From an uncultured Candidatus Bathyarchaeia archaeon (lineage in GTDB: Archaea; Thermoproteota; Bathyarchaeia; 40CM-2-53-6), in assembly GCA_964601325.1 (NCBI GenBank), contig CAZRNA010000003.1, forward strand, positions 4,629 to 68,628: DNA of 64,000 bases. The letters run 5' to 3'. Shown piece by piece: positions 49,927-59,413 of the stretch. The first letter of the stretch is position 1, and each line of letters opens with the position of its first letter. The notes beneath the pieces were generated by a model. It ran no database searches, was not told the DNA's origin, and saw only the letters and a list, made by a program, of their open reading frames with translations. A program made the translations under genes and the position numbers.

Positions 49927-50271
49927 TTAGGGAAGTCGCTCGAACCTGAAGCCTTCGACGTCTTTTCCTCGGATCTTGCGGATATGTCCCCAGACTGGAC
50001 GAACTCTGTCTCCGATCTTGATCTCTTCGCTCAGAACTTGGCCTGTGACTCTAACCTTTCCGTCGAACTCGACTATAGCGAGGGTTAACGGCAGCTGTTC
50101 GATGCCTTCAGGCACCGTCCAAAGCCTCGTAAACGTCACGATCTTGCCTTCATTACTCAGGGGGTATTCTTCGAAGTCTTTTCCCTTGCATGAAGGACAG
50201 AGGAACCGTTTCGGATATGCGATCGCGCCGCACTTCTTGCATTTGAATCCGACAAACCTACTCTCTGCCAT
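49927..50271 (-). CDS. DUF35 Zn-ribbon/OB-fold protein (thiolase partner)
   Basis: KCKKCG...YP.R..CPSC followed by OB fold; abuts the thiolase gene. Confidence 0.92.
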   Translation of the reverse strand: MAESRFVGFKCKKCGAIAYPKRFLCPSCKGKDFEEYPLSNEGKIVTFTRLWTVPEGIEQLPLTLAIVEFDGKVRVTGQVLSEEIKIGDRVRPVWGHIRKIRGKDVEGFRFERLP

Positions 50272-51453
50272 CTAGATTCTCTCCAGTACAAACGCCACTA
50301 TGTTGTTGGCGAATCCTCCTAAGTTGCAGGAGAAAGCTCGCTGGGCGTTCTTTACCTGTCGCCTGTCCGCTTCTCCTCTGAGCTGCCAGGTCATCTCAAC
50401 TATCTGAGCCACTCCTGTGGCTCCTACCGGGTGACCCCTCGCTTTCAGTCCACCGGATGGGTTTATCGGGAACTTCCCGTCGAGTGCAGTCACGCCGTCG
50501 CGAAGCGCCTTGTGCCCTGTGCCCTTCTCGAAGAATCCTGCGTCTTCACTTTCAACTATTTCGAGTATAGTGAAGGCGTCGTGTAATTCTGCGAAGCTCA
50601 TGTCTCTTGGTGTCGTCTTGCTCATCTTGAAAGCCTGTGCAGCAGAGACCCTGAGTGCCTCCAGTACCGCTGGATCTTTCCTGTCTTGTACGGCCATCCT
50701 GTCAGTCGCTTGGCCAACTCCTGCTATCCTGATGGGCGTGTCCGTGAATTCTCTTGCTTTCTCCGTCGCGGCTAGGAGCACTGACGCTGCCCCGTCTGTG
50801 ACAGGACAGCAATGGTACATCCGGATTGGGTCCGATATGATAGGGTTGTTCACTTCGGCCTCCGGAGAACCGTAGATTCCCTCTAGCGTTACCGGTTGCT
50901 GGATGTGGGCATACGGATTCTTCGAGCCGTTCAGGTGGTTCTTCACCGCGACGCGTGCAAGGTCCTCTTCGGTCACGCCGTACCTTTCCATATACAGTCT
51001 CGCGAGCATCCCAGCCAAGGACGGGAGCGTAACGCCATGAACGTATTCGGCCTCTATGTTGGTCATCGTGGCTATGTAGTCAGTTATTACTTCGCCCGGC
51101 ACGTGCCGCATCTTCTCTCCACCTGTGACGAGGGCGGTATCGTATAGGCCGCAGGCAATCGCACAGTAAGCGTTCTTGACAGCCGATCCTCCTGATGCAG
51201 GGCCATTCTCCACGCGGTCCGCTGCGGCCGGAACAAGCGCTAACTGGTCTACAAGTGCGCTCCCCACAGCTACCTGATGGTTCAATTCCCCGGCCAACAT
51301 GCTGGCCGCATATACTGCATCTATGTTCCTATCACCTGCGCCGGCATCCTCAAGTGCTTTGATGCTAGATTCGGTCATAAGACTGAGCAGAGTCTTATCG
51401 TCGTGCCTGCCGAACTTTGTCATGCCGCAGCCTACAACAGAGACATCTCTCAG
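50272..51453 (-). CDS. SCP-x-type thiolase-fold protein lacking the nucleophilic Cys; probable CTG start
   Basis: (L)RDVSVVGCGMTKFG, VENGPASG, KNH.NG..NPYAH, DGAA, ELHDAF, NPSGGLKARGHPVGATG. Confidence 0.9.
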   Translation of the reverse strand: MRDVSVVGCGMTKFGRHDDKTLLSLMTESSIKALEDAGAGDRNIDAVYAASMLAGELNHQVAVGSALVDQLALVPAAADRVENGPASGGSAVKNAYCAIACGLYDTALVTGGEKMRHVPGEVITDYIATMTNIEAEYVHGVTLPSLAGMLARLYMERYGVTEEDLARVAVKNHLNGSKNPYAHIQQPVTLEGIYGSPEAEVNNPIISDPIRMYHCCPVTDGAASVLLAATEKAREFTDTPIRIAGVGQATDRMAVQDRKDPAVLEALRVSAAQAFKMSKTTPRDMSFAELHDAFTILEIVESEDAGFFEKGTGHKALRDGVTALDGKFPINPSGGLKARGHPVGATGVAQIVEMTWQLRGEADRRQVKNAQRAFSCNLGGFANNIVAFVLERI

Positions 51454-51466
51454 GTCTGCTCCCTCA

Positions 51467-52132
51467 TCACTGCTGAGATATCCAATCTAAGGGTGCGTTC
51501 TCAAACGTCGCAGCCTTCTTGAGCACATCATCAGGGACGGGCCTAGATCCCATCACAAGCCGGGGCTTAACCTTTTGATAGATGTCCCTAGTTATTACCC
51601 ATGCCTTGGCTCCGCCCAACTCATGCTGCACGCCAGGTCTGACCTGGAGTCCCCACTCCACTATCCACCGGCGAAAACCGATCGGACTCTCCGCCGTAAC
51701 AAGTATCTCTTCCGCTCCCAAGGTCTCCATGGAATGCTCATGTTTGGCTGCGAACAAGTGAGCTCCAACCCTGGCACCTCGTTTCAGAGCCGTCGTATGA
51801 TAACTTACGTGGGTCTTCTGATCGTACGCGCGGCTGTTGACGATTCCCGCCAGTTTTCCATCAACGATCCCGATGAGGCAGAACTCGTTCCTGACTCTGC
51901 GTCTGTACCAGCCCAGTAACTCAGCGTATTGTCTTGCCGCAACAATGTCGTAGAAGTCCCTCGACACTATTAGGAGTGGTGTAATCGCCTGAAGCAGTTT
52001 GGGGGCTTCCTCCCTCGCCGCCTCTCGAACGACCATGCGTTCACCGGTTGGGAGCAGAAGCGTTTTCGGAGGGTAGGGTTTCTTGGGAATGTCCCAGTCT
52101 ACTCCAAGTATGGACTCAATATCTTCGCTCAC
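51467..52132 (-). CDS. GNAT-like protein (DFYDIV family)
   Basis: RDFYDIVAAR.YAELL, SYHT, TAESPIG, QHELGGA. Confidence 0.75.
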   Translation of the reverse strand: MSEDIESILGVDWDIPKKPYPPKTLLLPTGERMVVREAAREEAPKLLQAITPLLIVSRDFYDIVAARQYAELLGWYRRRVRNEFCLIGIVDGKLAGIVNSRAYDQKTHVSYHTTALKRGARVGAHLFAAKHEHSMETLGAEEILVTAESPIGFRRWIVEWGLQVRPGVQHELGGAKAWVITRDIYQKVKPRLVMGSRPVPDDVLKKAATFENAPLDWISQQ

Positions 52133-52285
52133 AGTAAATTCATCGCGCTATGTGACCCGCCCTTTCATTATAGGCTTTGTCCCATATTGTGCGCAACAAC
52201 CGGTTTGCATGATAGAAGTGCGGATCATCTTCGTCTCAGTTGAGTTGGCCACATAACATGCTCCTGCAGATTCATTCCCTGCGAG

Positions 52286-52663
52286 ATGATGAGCCGACGC
52301 TCTTGTGAAGGCTCATCTCGTCACCACATGAGACTATTGCTTGATGTCAACGATTGGGACAGGGGCTTCACAATCGGCTTCATTGGCGGACTAATCGATA
52401 GTGACGGTCACATCCAGAAAGGGAAGCGTAACGGTCACTACGGAGCAATAATCACTACGAGTAGCGCCTCCCTTGGAGACCAAGTCCGAGACTTGTGCAA
52501 AGCTCAGCACATCAACGTGCTATGTCGCCTGGATCGTCGGGGAAAGCCTGACGAGAGACCTCGATACATCATACGTATTCCATCGGGCGATCTAAACGGC
52601 CTGTGTTCAGAGTTGCTGTGCATGAAACATGCGAGGTATCATGGTGGGCCGGGCCGGATTTGA
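52286..52663 (+). CDS. Single-motif LAGLIDADG endonuclease-like ORF (probably a fragment) overlapping the tRNA-Val 3' end
   Basis: GFIGGLIDSDGHI; the last codons (GGPGRI) are the antisense of the tRNA acceptor/T arm. Confidence 0.7.
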   Translation: MMSRRSCEGSSRHHMRLLLDVNDWDRGFTIGFIGGLIDSDGHIQKGKRNGHYGAIITTSSASLGDQVRDLCKAQHINVLCRLDRRGKPDERPRYIIRIPSGDLNGLCSELLCMKHARYHGGPGRI

Positions 52664-52732
52664 ACCGGCGACCACCTGCGTTTCCTGGATGGCTGTCAGG
52701 CAGGTATCCTAACCAGACTAGACGACCGGCCC
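52642..52732 (-). tRNA. tRNA-Val(GAC) with 13-nt anticodon-loop intron and encoded CCA
   Basis: GGGCCGG/CCGGCCC acceptor, CCTGC-CTGACA[C]-GCAGG anticodon arm after intron removal, GGTTCAAATCC, ACCA. Confidence 0.92.
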
Positions 52733-52816
52733 ACGGCTGCGGAGAATGGGTTCAGGAAACATAAAGATCCTTCGAGAACTACGGCGGTGGAGTATCCTAC
52801 CTTTCGGGCGTGTCCT

Positions 52817-53005
52817 TCACACGACTCTCATTCGGTTAACGTTCTTGTTCTGCCAAGAGTAGCGTCGAATTTTGCTCGACGCACCAAAGCCGCATGCGGC
52901 ACATTTCTTCTTCCTAATGTGATAGGAGTGTCGACCGCATCGGCGGCATCTAATGTGAGTCTTGCCTCGGCCTCGTAGCCCAAAGGAGGGCGTGCCCTTT
53001 CCCAT
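52817..53005 (-). CDS. rpl37e: 50S ribosomal protein L37e
   Basis: KGTPSFG...[23 protein letters not shown]. Confidence 0.98.
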   Translation of the reverse strand: MGKGTPSFGLRGRGKTHIRCRRCGRHSYHIRKKKCAACGFGASSKIRRYSWQNKNVNRMRVV

Positions 53006-53051
53006 TCTCGTCCACCCGCATGAGCAAAACAGAACAGGTATTTATGTCAAC

Positions 53052-53285
53052 CTAGCGACTCGGAGGCGGACTCACAAGCACCACGTTGTCGCCTCGCACG
53101 ATAATTGTTCCGATCTTCTTTGCGTTGTCTGGGTTCGTGATATCATCAGCGTCTTCAAGGACTAGGTTCATGTGTTGATCGTAACTGTAGAGCTTTCCCC
53201 TTACAGTGCGGCCCCCCTTGAGTTCGACCAAGACGACCTTGCCTAGGCTTTCCTCGAAAATCTTCGTGGCGACATCGGAAGACAT
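53052..53285 (-). CDS. Sm-like (Lsm/SmAP) protein
   Basis: [33 protein letters not shown]; upstream of rpl37e as usual. Confidence 0.96.
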   Translation of the reverse strand: MSSDVATKIFEESLGKVVLVELKGGRTVRGKLYSYDQHMNLVLEDADDITNPDNAKKIGTIIVRGDNVVLVSPPPSR

Positions 53286-53418
53286 TCTTTGTGTTCTCCG
53301 GTTGAAGTTGAAGTCTAAGCATTGAAACCCACACAATTTAAGGGTTAGGGTCTTGGATCAAGGTACAATCACAGAACTTTCTGGAAAACAAACTGGTTGC
53401 GCACGGAAAGGCGCATCA

Positions 53419-53920
53419 ATGGGAGAAGAAAACCTCGAAAAGGAGAGCCCTCAAGTCCAGCGAGACAAAGCAACTGCTTCAGGAATTCAAGGAGAAGTTC
53501 CCAAGATTCATGACTGATCCTCAGAGCAAACAGGCCGTTGAAGAGATCGTTGTCGAGAACGGAAAGTTGTTTCTCATCGACGACAAGCCCTTCGCGATCT
53601 CCACAGGCAGTGGACTATTTCCGAGCCTCTTGAATGAGGAATTGTTGAAGATACTTCCCTCGATCATAGTTGACATGGGTGCGATCCCACACATCTGTAA
53701 CGGAGCTGACATCATGAGGCCGGGGATTAAGGAAATTCACGGCGCCTTCGAAGAAGGCGCCGTTCTTCTTGTCAAAGACATTAGGTTCGGGAAACCGATC
53801 GGAATCTGCGTCGCGGAGACTTCATCCGAATCCATGCAGGCGATGACTAGAGGAAAAGCCGCGCGGAATGTCCATTATGTCGGAGACATGTTTTGGCAGG
53901 CCCTGAAGAAATCTGACTAG
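53419..53920 (+). CDS. PUA-domain RNA-binding protein (DUF1947/MCT-1-like); start codon anomalous
   Basis: VDMGAIPHICNGADIMRPGI, HYVGD..W; the frame extends upstream through KRRALKSSE but the ATG at 53419 is out of frame by one base. Confidence 0.88.
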
Positions 53921-54080
53921 TTGAGTTTGTGTCAAATTCTAGTTGATTTCTTGGATCCGGCATACTTCACATATACGTGAGACTGCACACGTTCCTGCTA
54001 GGAACGGCTGGAACTCCTGAAGGTTTAAACTTGCGCTCTCGGCGTGTCTACTCCAGCCTGTAAGCTACTAGTGTTCTCCC

Positions 54081-54407
54081 ATGATTAAGCAGGGAACTGA
54101 TGTTGTAGCGGATTCACCGTATGTCCGAGCCATGCCGCTGAGTCACCTGAAAGATCTTGACGTGATCGAACACGTGCTCTCCGCTGGCAACGTTTTGATA
54201 ATCAAGATCACCCCGATCGCCAAGAGAAGCGTCGAGGAGACGAAGGTCGCAATCAAGCAACTCACGGACTTCGCGAAACGTCAAGGTGGCGACATCGCTA
54301 GACTGGGAGAAGAACGCGTCGTGTTGACTCCGCCTGGAATCAGAATCTGGCGAGACAAAGGTCAGGTTTCAGGCAATTCTTCAGCTGTTGAAGGACGGAG
54401 CAGCTAG
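54081..54407 (+). CDS. sepF: Archaeal SepF-like protein
   Basis: GNVLIIKITP, GGDIARLGEERVVLTP.GIRIW. Confidence 0.8.
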   Translation: MIKQGTDVVADSPYVRAMPLSHLKDLDVIEHVLSAGNVLIIKITPIAKRSVEETKVAIKQLTDFAKRQGGDIARLGEERVVLTPPGIRIWRDKGQVSGNSSAVEGRSS

Positions 54408-54440
54408 CAGAGCGTGTGAGAATACCTGGCCGTACGCGGT

Positions 54441-56360
54441 CTACTTCAGCCTGATTGTTTCAAGGAGATCAGGCGCTATCGTTCTGACTTTGAACATTCG
54501 TGATGCTGCATGAGCGAAACTGTCTACTTTGTGTCGCTCACCATGCCCGACAATTATCTTGGTGGGTTTTGGCGAGATTCTGCGAAGGAATGCAAGTAGC
54601 TGATTCCTATCTGAGTGTCCGGAGAATCCCTCGACGCTCTCGATTCGTAGGTCGACTTTGATCGCTTCGATCTTTCCGTTTCGTCCCATCATTGAGACTT
54701 CCTTGACTCCGTTCTTGAGCCGGTTGCCTAGAGTTCCTTCAATCTGATAGCTGACGAAGAGCAAGACGTTCTTGGGATCCGACGCAAGTTGTTTGAAGTA
54801 ATCGATCGCTGGTCCGCCTTCCAGCATGCCGGATGTGGCCATGATTATTGCCGGTTGACCTGCCACTATTTGTTCCCGGTCGCCCGGGTGGTTGACCACT
54901 GTGAAGTAATCTGACTGGAACGGATTGACATCTTTGTGCAGCATCTGGTCTCGAAGCTCTCTCACCAGATATTCAGGGAAGGCCGTGTGAATCGCTGTGG
55001 CTTCGGAGATCATGCCTTCGATGTAGATCGGCATTTCCTTGATCGTTCCATTCTTCATGTAGCTATCCAGAACAAGCATGATTTCTTGAGCACGTCCGAC
55101 AGCTGGAACAGGGATCAAGACCTTGCCGCCCTTCTCGGCTGTTTCGTTCACGATGGTTGCGAGCTTGCCTTCTACATTCATCCTCTCAGGCATGACATCC
55201 TCCTGGCCACCATACGTGCTCTCAATCACGAGTGTCTCTGCTCGTGGGAAAACGCATGACGCTGGTTCGAGCAGCATTGTGCGGCCGAATTTGAAGTCGC
55301 CAGTATAGACGATATTGTGGTAGCCTTCGCCAATGTGGAGGTGGATGATCGAGGAGCCGAGTATGTGGCCTGCATTGTGTAGTGTTAATTTAATGTCGGG
55401 CGCGACGTCAGTGACCACGCCATACTTCAACGGGATCGTGTGCATCACTGTCTCGCGAACATCCTTCTGATCATACGGTGCGTGCACGCCCTCCCTGTTG
55501 TAGACATCCAAGAAGTCCAGCTGCAGCAGCGTCATGAGAATGGCCGTAGGTTCCGAGCAGTAGACGGGTCCGTCGTAGCCGTACTTGTAGAGGAACGGAA
55601 CGAAACCGCAGTGGTCGAGGTGGGCGTGTGAAATCACTACGGCGTCGAGTCTGTCGATATCGAATTCGTCTGAATCGATCTTTGGAAATGCGTGTGAAGG
55701 GTCATTTGAACCGGGGTTTATCCCCATGTCCAACAGGACGTTGCTTTCGCCGGTCTGGACGAGCATAGCGGATCTGCCAACTTCGTGAAAGGCTCCGAGC
55801 GGAGTGACGAAGACGCCGTCCCTCGTTCCTATCATTGGCCTGAAGATGCGTTCGCCCACATCTCGAAGTATGCGGTTCCTAGCCTCACTCTCCGAGTGGA
55901 GGATGTGTCTCGTGCTGGTGACGATCTTCGACGGCATAGGTGGCGCGCGCAGCACCCTAGGTCGCCAACTGGTGCTTCTGATGACCTCTTGAAGTGTCGA
56001 GCCGTCCTTCCCGATTGCAAGCCCAGGTTTCTTTGCTTCGATAGTCACTTCTCCGAGGGAAGGATCAAAGGTAATATTGATGATTTCTGCTTCCTGCGGG
56101 ATCGTGGATTTGATCATTTTCTCCGCTTCCGCTTCGGTTGCTCTGATAGAGGGGTCGGAACGTATGACGACGCGTTTGTGAAGCATGTTGACAATGTCGG
56201 TCACTACGTAACTCTGCTCCAAGAGGAGAACGACATTCTTGACGTAGATTGCTAGGCGGGGTCCTTCGAACTCGATTCTGGTAATCTCTGCTTCTTTGGG
56301 CATATTCGACAGGATGGTCTCGCGTATTCGCACGTGAGAATCGTCGATAGGCCTAGCCAT
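54441..56360 (-). CDS. fttA: Beta-CASP ribonuclease aCPSF1 / transcription termination factor FttA
   Basis: N-terminal KH domains (EFEGP, KKPGLAIG), HAHLDH, AGHILGS, ESTYG, GFSGHSD. Confidence 0.97.
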   Translation of the reverse strand: MARPIDDSHVRIRETILSNMPKEAEITRIEFEGPRLAIYVKNVVLLLEQSYVVTDIVNMLHKRVVIRSDPSIRATEAEAEKMIKSTIPQEAEIINITFDPSLGEVTIEAKKPGLAIGKDGSTLQEVIRSTSWRPRVLRAPPMPSKIVTSTRHILHSESEARNRILRDVGERIFRPMIGTRDGVFVTPLGAFHEVGRSAMLVQTGESNVLLDMGINPGSNDPSHAFPKIDSDEFDIDRLDAVVISHAHLDHCGFVPFLYKYGYDGPVYCSEPTAILMTLLQLDFLDVYNREGVHAPYDQKDVRETVMHTIPLKYGVVTDVAPDIKLTLHNAGHILGSSIIHLHIGEGYHNIVYTGDFKFGRTMLLEPASCVFPRAETLVIESTYGGQEDVMPERMNVEGKLATIVNETAEKGGKVLIPVPAVGRAQEIMLVLDSYMKNGTIKEMPIYIEGMISEATAIHTAFPEYLVRELRDQMLHKDVNPFQSDYFTVVNHPGDREQIVAGQPAIIMATSGMLEGGPAIDYFKQLASDPKNVLLFVSYQIEGTLGNRLKNGVKEVSMMGRNGKIEAIKVDLRIESVEGFSGHSDRNQLLAFLRRISPKPTKIIVGHGERHKVDSFAHAASRMFKVRTIAPDLLETIRLK

Positions 56361-56400
56361 TGAAGCCACCTTGAATGATAGGAAAGGACTCTGATTCTGT

Positions 56401-57060
56401 CTAACTTAGGCTGGAAAGGATTCTCTTCTTCTCGTCCTCGCCCAACTCTTCGTATCCTTTGCTCGTAACAAGGGCCACGTCGAAGCTGTCCCCGCTCGCT
56501 GAATCTCTCTTCATAGCGGAACTCACAGCTTTCACGACAACCGGAACTGCCTCTTTCACGGCCATGCCGTCCTTGAATTCATTCTCAAGGACGCCGTACG
56601 CCACAGGAGAGCCCGAGCCGGTTGAGACGCATTTCTCTTCCATTACGCTGCCTAACGGATCTAGGGCAAATATGTGCGGTCCTGAACTGTCGACGCCTCC
56701 AAGCAAGGCTTGAAGGATGAGTGGATAATACCTGTTGGCGAAAAGCAGATTGGATGTCAGGCTCGCGGCTGCTTTGACAGGCATGATCACGCCTTTCTCG
56801 TACTTGTACAGTTTCGAATTTGCCCTAACGATCTCGACGACGTTTTGGGCGTCGGCAACGCCACCAGCTATGGTCATTGCGAGATGATCATCGAGCTGGT
56901 AGACTTTCTTGGCTCGTTTATGGGCGACGAAATACCCCATCGTGGCACGAGTGTCGGTGCCGAGGACAACTCCATCATGGCAAACGAGGCCGACGGTTGT
57001 CGTCCCCTTCAGCACGTACTTCGATACTTTGTCTGTGGGTGGATTGTACATTTCGTTCAC
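56401..57060 (-). CDS. psmB: Proteasome beta subunit
   Basis: KG/TTTVG propeptide cleavage site, DTRAT, GSGSP, RDSASG. Confidence 0.97.
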   Translation of the reverse strand: MNEMYNPPTDKVSKYVLKGTTTVGLVCHDGVVLGTDTRATMGYFVAHKRAKKVYQLDDHLAMTIAGGVADAQNVVEIVRANSKLYKYEKGVIMPVKAAASLTSNLLFANRYYPLILQALLGGVDSSGPHIFALDPLGSVMEEKCVSTGSGSPVAYGVLENEFKDGMAVKEAVPVVVKAVSSAMKRDSASGDSFDVALVTSKGYEELGEDEKKRILSSLS

Positions 57061-57173
57061 TTACTCTCTCGGAGCAGTCTCGGGAAGACTTGAGAACCGC
57101 GCTTGAAAGAAAGCGCGAACCTATGACTTGCTGAAACGCTTAAAAACATTTCCCGAGCGCCGGGGAGAAGCTT

Positions 57174-57941
57174 CTATGCTGGCTTCTTTTCGGCGCTCTC
57201 TACGGTCTTCGTCTCCTCAGCCTTGGGAGGTGTTGGCTTCTTGTAAGTCTCAACGAATGAGATTTTCGAGACATCTGGAAAGAACTTCTCGATGTCGGCT
57301 GACATCGCTTTCTTGGCTAGCTGGAGGTCTTCGAGGAAGAAGGCTTCTTCCGGCACCTCGATTGTGAGTTCGCTTGGATTCAACTGTAGCCCGAACTTCG
57401 CTTGATCAACCGCAGGCAGACGTTTGTGCACGATGCTTCGAATCTTGTCTTCGGTCTTTTCGATCACGTTCTGGATTGAGACTTCGTAGACAAGAGTTCG
57501 TCCTGCTAGGGGGTGATTGTAGTCTACCTGTACCCTGCCTGCGCCGACAGTGCGAACCTGTCCGACCTTTCCGTCGAGGGTCACTTGTATGCCAGGCACC
57601 GGTGTGATTCCTTCGTTTCTGAATCTTCTCAGTGGCACAAGTCTGACCTTGGACGCATCCCTTGCTCCGTATCCCTTGTCAGGGGGGACCTCGATTGTTG
57701 AGGTCTGGCTCGTCTCTAGTCCTATGAGCCCCTCATCAAGACCCTTCGGGACCCAGCCCTCTCCCACAACTATGAAGAATGGTTCGTATCTGTGGATATC
57801 AGTCTCTTCGGCTCCTTCATGCTCGTGGTGTAGTCCCTTTTCCTTCGCAACGGATTCTATCGTTGTATCGACCACGTCGCCGCTCTCTTTTACCTTCAGA
57901 GTGTAGTTGGCCAGGACGAAATCGCCATTCTTGATCGGCAT
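57174..57941 (-). CDS. Long-type archaeal FKBP peptidyl-prolyl isomerase
   Basis: GDFV..NYT, VPPDKGYG.RD, VDYNHPLAG.TL. Confidence 0.95.
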   Translation of the reverse strand: MPIKNGDFVLANYTLKVKESGDVVDTTIESVAKEKGLHHEHEGAEETDIHRYEPFFIVVGEGWVPKGLDEGLIGLETSQTSTIEVPPDKGYGARDASKVRLVPLRRFRNEGITPVPGIQVTLDGKVGQVRTVGAGRVQVDYNHPLAGRTLVYEVSIQNVIEKTEDKIRSIVHKRLPAVDQAKFGLQLNPSELTIEVPEEAFFLEDLQLAKKAMSADIEKFFPDVSKISFVETYKKPTPPKAEETKTVESAEKKPA

Positions 57942-58036
57942 TGCATGTACCCCAACGATTCCATTTGTCGTGTCCGATTTAACTCTTTGAGAGAATGTGG
58001 TGGCCGCGCCGCCGGCACACGTTCGGTGTTGTGATA

Positions 58037-59185
58037 TCAGTTTTGCTTCCCGAAAACGTCGCGAGAAGCTCTTGAGCCGATGCCGTATTCGAACTCAATT
58101 CCCAGGTCCACGAGTGTTGACTCGATAGCGCTGACAGTTGTGAGTATTTCGAATTCAGAGACTGTTCCCATCACTCCGATCCTGAACATGGTGCCTTTCA
58201 GTTTGCCCATCCCACCAGCGACCACAACGTGATAGCGTTCCCTGAGCAGATCCCTGAACTTCTTGTCATCTACCTTGGGCAGGTAATTGGCCGCCACAAC
58301 GACTTGTGATCTGAATTCCGCTCGAGGAAAGACATGAAATCCCAGCGCTTCGAGGCCCGCGTAGAGGGATCTTGCACAGAGATTGTGACGGTTGTAGCGG
58401 CGTTGAAGACCTTCCTCTTTGATCATCAAGAGCGCTTCATCAAGCGCATAGAATAATGTCACGGCTGGCGTGAACGGTGTCTCGTAGTTCGCTAGAAACT
58501 TCCGACACTCAAGGAGGTCGAAGTAGTATGACCTTCGCGCCGTCTCCACGATTTTCCAAGCTCTTTCATTGACTGATAGCATCACAAGGCCTGGTGGAGT
58601 CATCAGGCATTTCTGGCTTCCGGCCACGCATATGTCCACGCCCCATTCGTCAACTGGCAGAGCATCACCACCTAGAATCGAGATCGCATCCACAACAAAC
58701 AGTGCGCCATTATCGTGACAGATCTTGCCCATTTCCTTCAGGTTTCTTGTTGTCGCTCCGGTGGAGGTTTCGTTGTACACCACGGCTAAGGCTTTGATGT
58801 TCTTCTCTTTCTCGAATAGTTCTTCGACGCGTGCTGGAGTTATCGCGCTACCCCAATCGATCGGAATGTTAATGCCTTTTCCACCGAAGGCAGTCACGGC
58901 ATTTCCAAGCCTCTCGCTGAAGACTCCGTTGACGGGAACCGCGATCTTGTCCCCGTTCGATAGGATGTTTCTGATGGCACACTCGACACCTCCAGTTCCG
59001 GAGGCCGTGAACACAAAGACATCGCTTTTCGTCTCGAAGACGAACTTCAGGTTGTCGAGCATCCTCCGGTAAAGCTCGCGAAACTCCGGCCCTCTGTGGT
59101 TGATCACGGGCTTGGCCATGGCCCGCATTACTCGGGACGGAACATTAGTCGGCCCCGGCAACATCAGAAGCTGCGAGTTCTCCAA
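58037..59185 (-). CDS. Class-V PLP aminotransferase (serine-pyruvate/alanine-glyoxylate type)
   Basis: LPGPT, NETSTG, VDAIS, GSQKCL..PPG, TPFTP, FRIG.MG. Confidence 0.95.
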   Translation of the reverse strand: MENSQLLMLPGPTNVPSRVMRAMAKPVINHRGPEFRELYRRMLDNLKFVFETKSDVFVFTASGTGGVECAIRNILSNGDKIAVPVNGVFSERLGNAVTAFGGKGINIPIDWGSAITPARVEELFEKEKNIKALAVVYNETSTGATTRNLKEMGKICHDNGALFVVDAISILGGDALPVDEWGVDICVAGSQKCLMTPPGLVMLSVNERAWKIVETARRSYYFDLLECRKFLANYETPFTPAVTLFYALDEALLMIKEEGLQRRYNRHNLCARSLYAGLEALGFHVFPRAEFRSQVVVAANYLPKVDDKKFRDLLRERYHVVVAGGMGKLKGTMFRIGVMGTVSEFEILTTVSAIESTLVDLGIEFEYGIGSRASRDVFGKQN

Positions 59186-59413
59186 TTCCCAAATCCCCGA
59201 TGCGTTGCTGCGTACCGAACAGTGAAAGATGCTTGAAAACTCTTTGCAAACGCAATTAGTACCGCTTGGCCAAGGATGTCATGCAAGGTCCTCTTGCCTA
59301 TCCTATACCGGTCCGGCTGGGGTAGGTCGTTGGAGGATGCAGAGCTGAAGCATGGGTTGTGCGGCATTCCGGTTGGAAACGTTTTCTAGTTTGAAGATTC
59401 ACCTGCTTAGACC

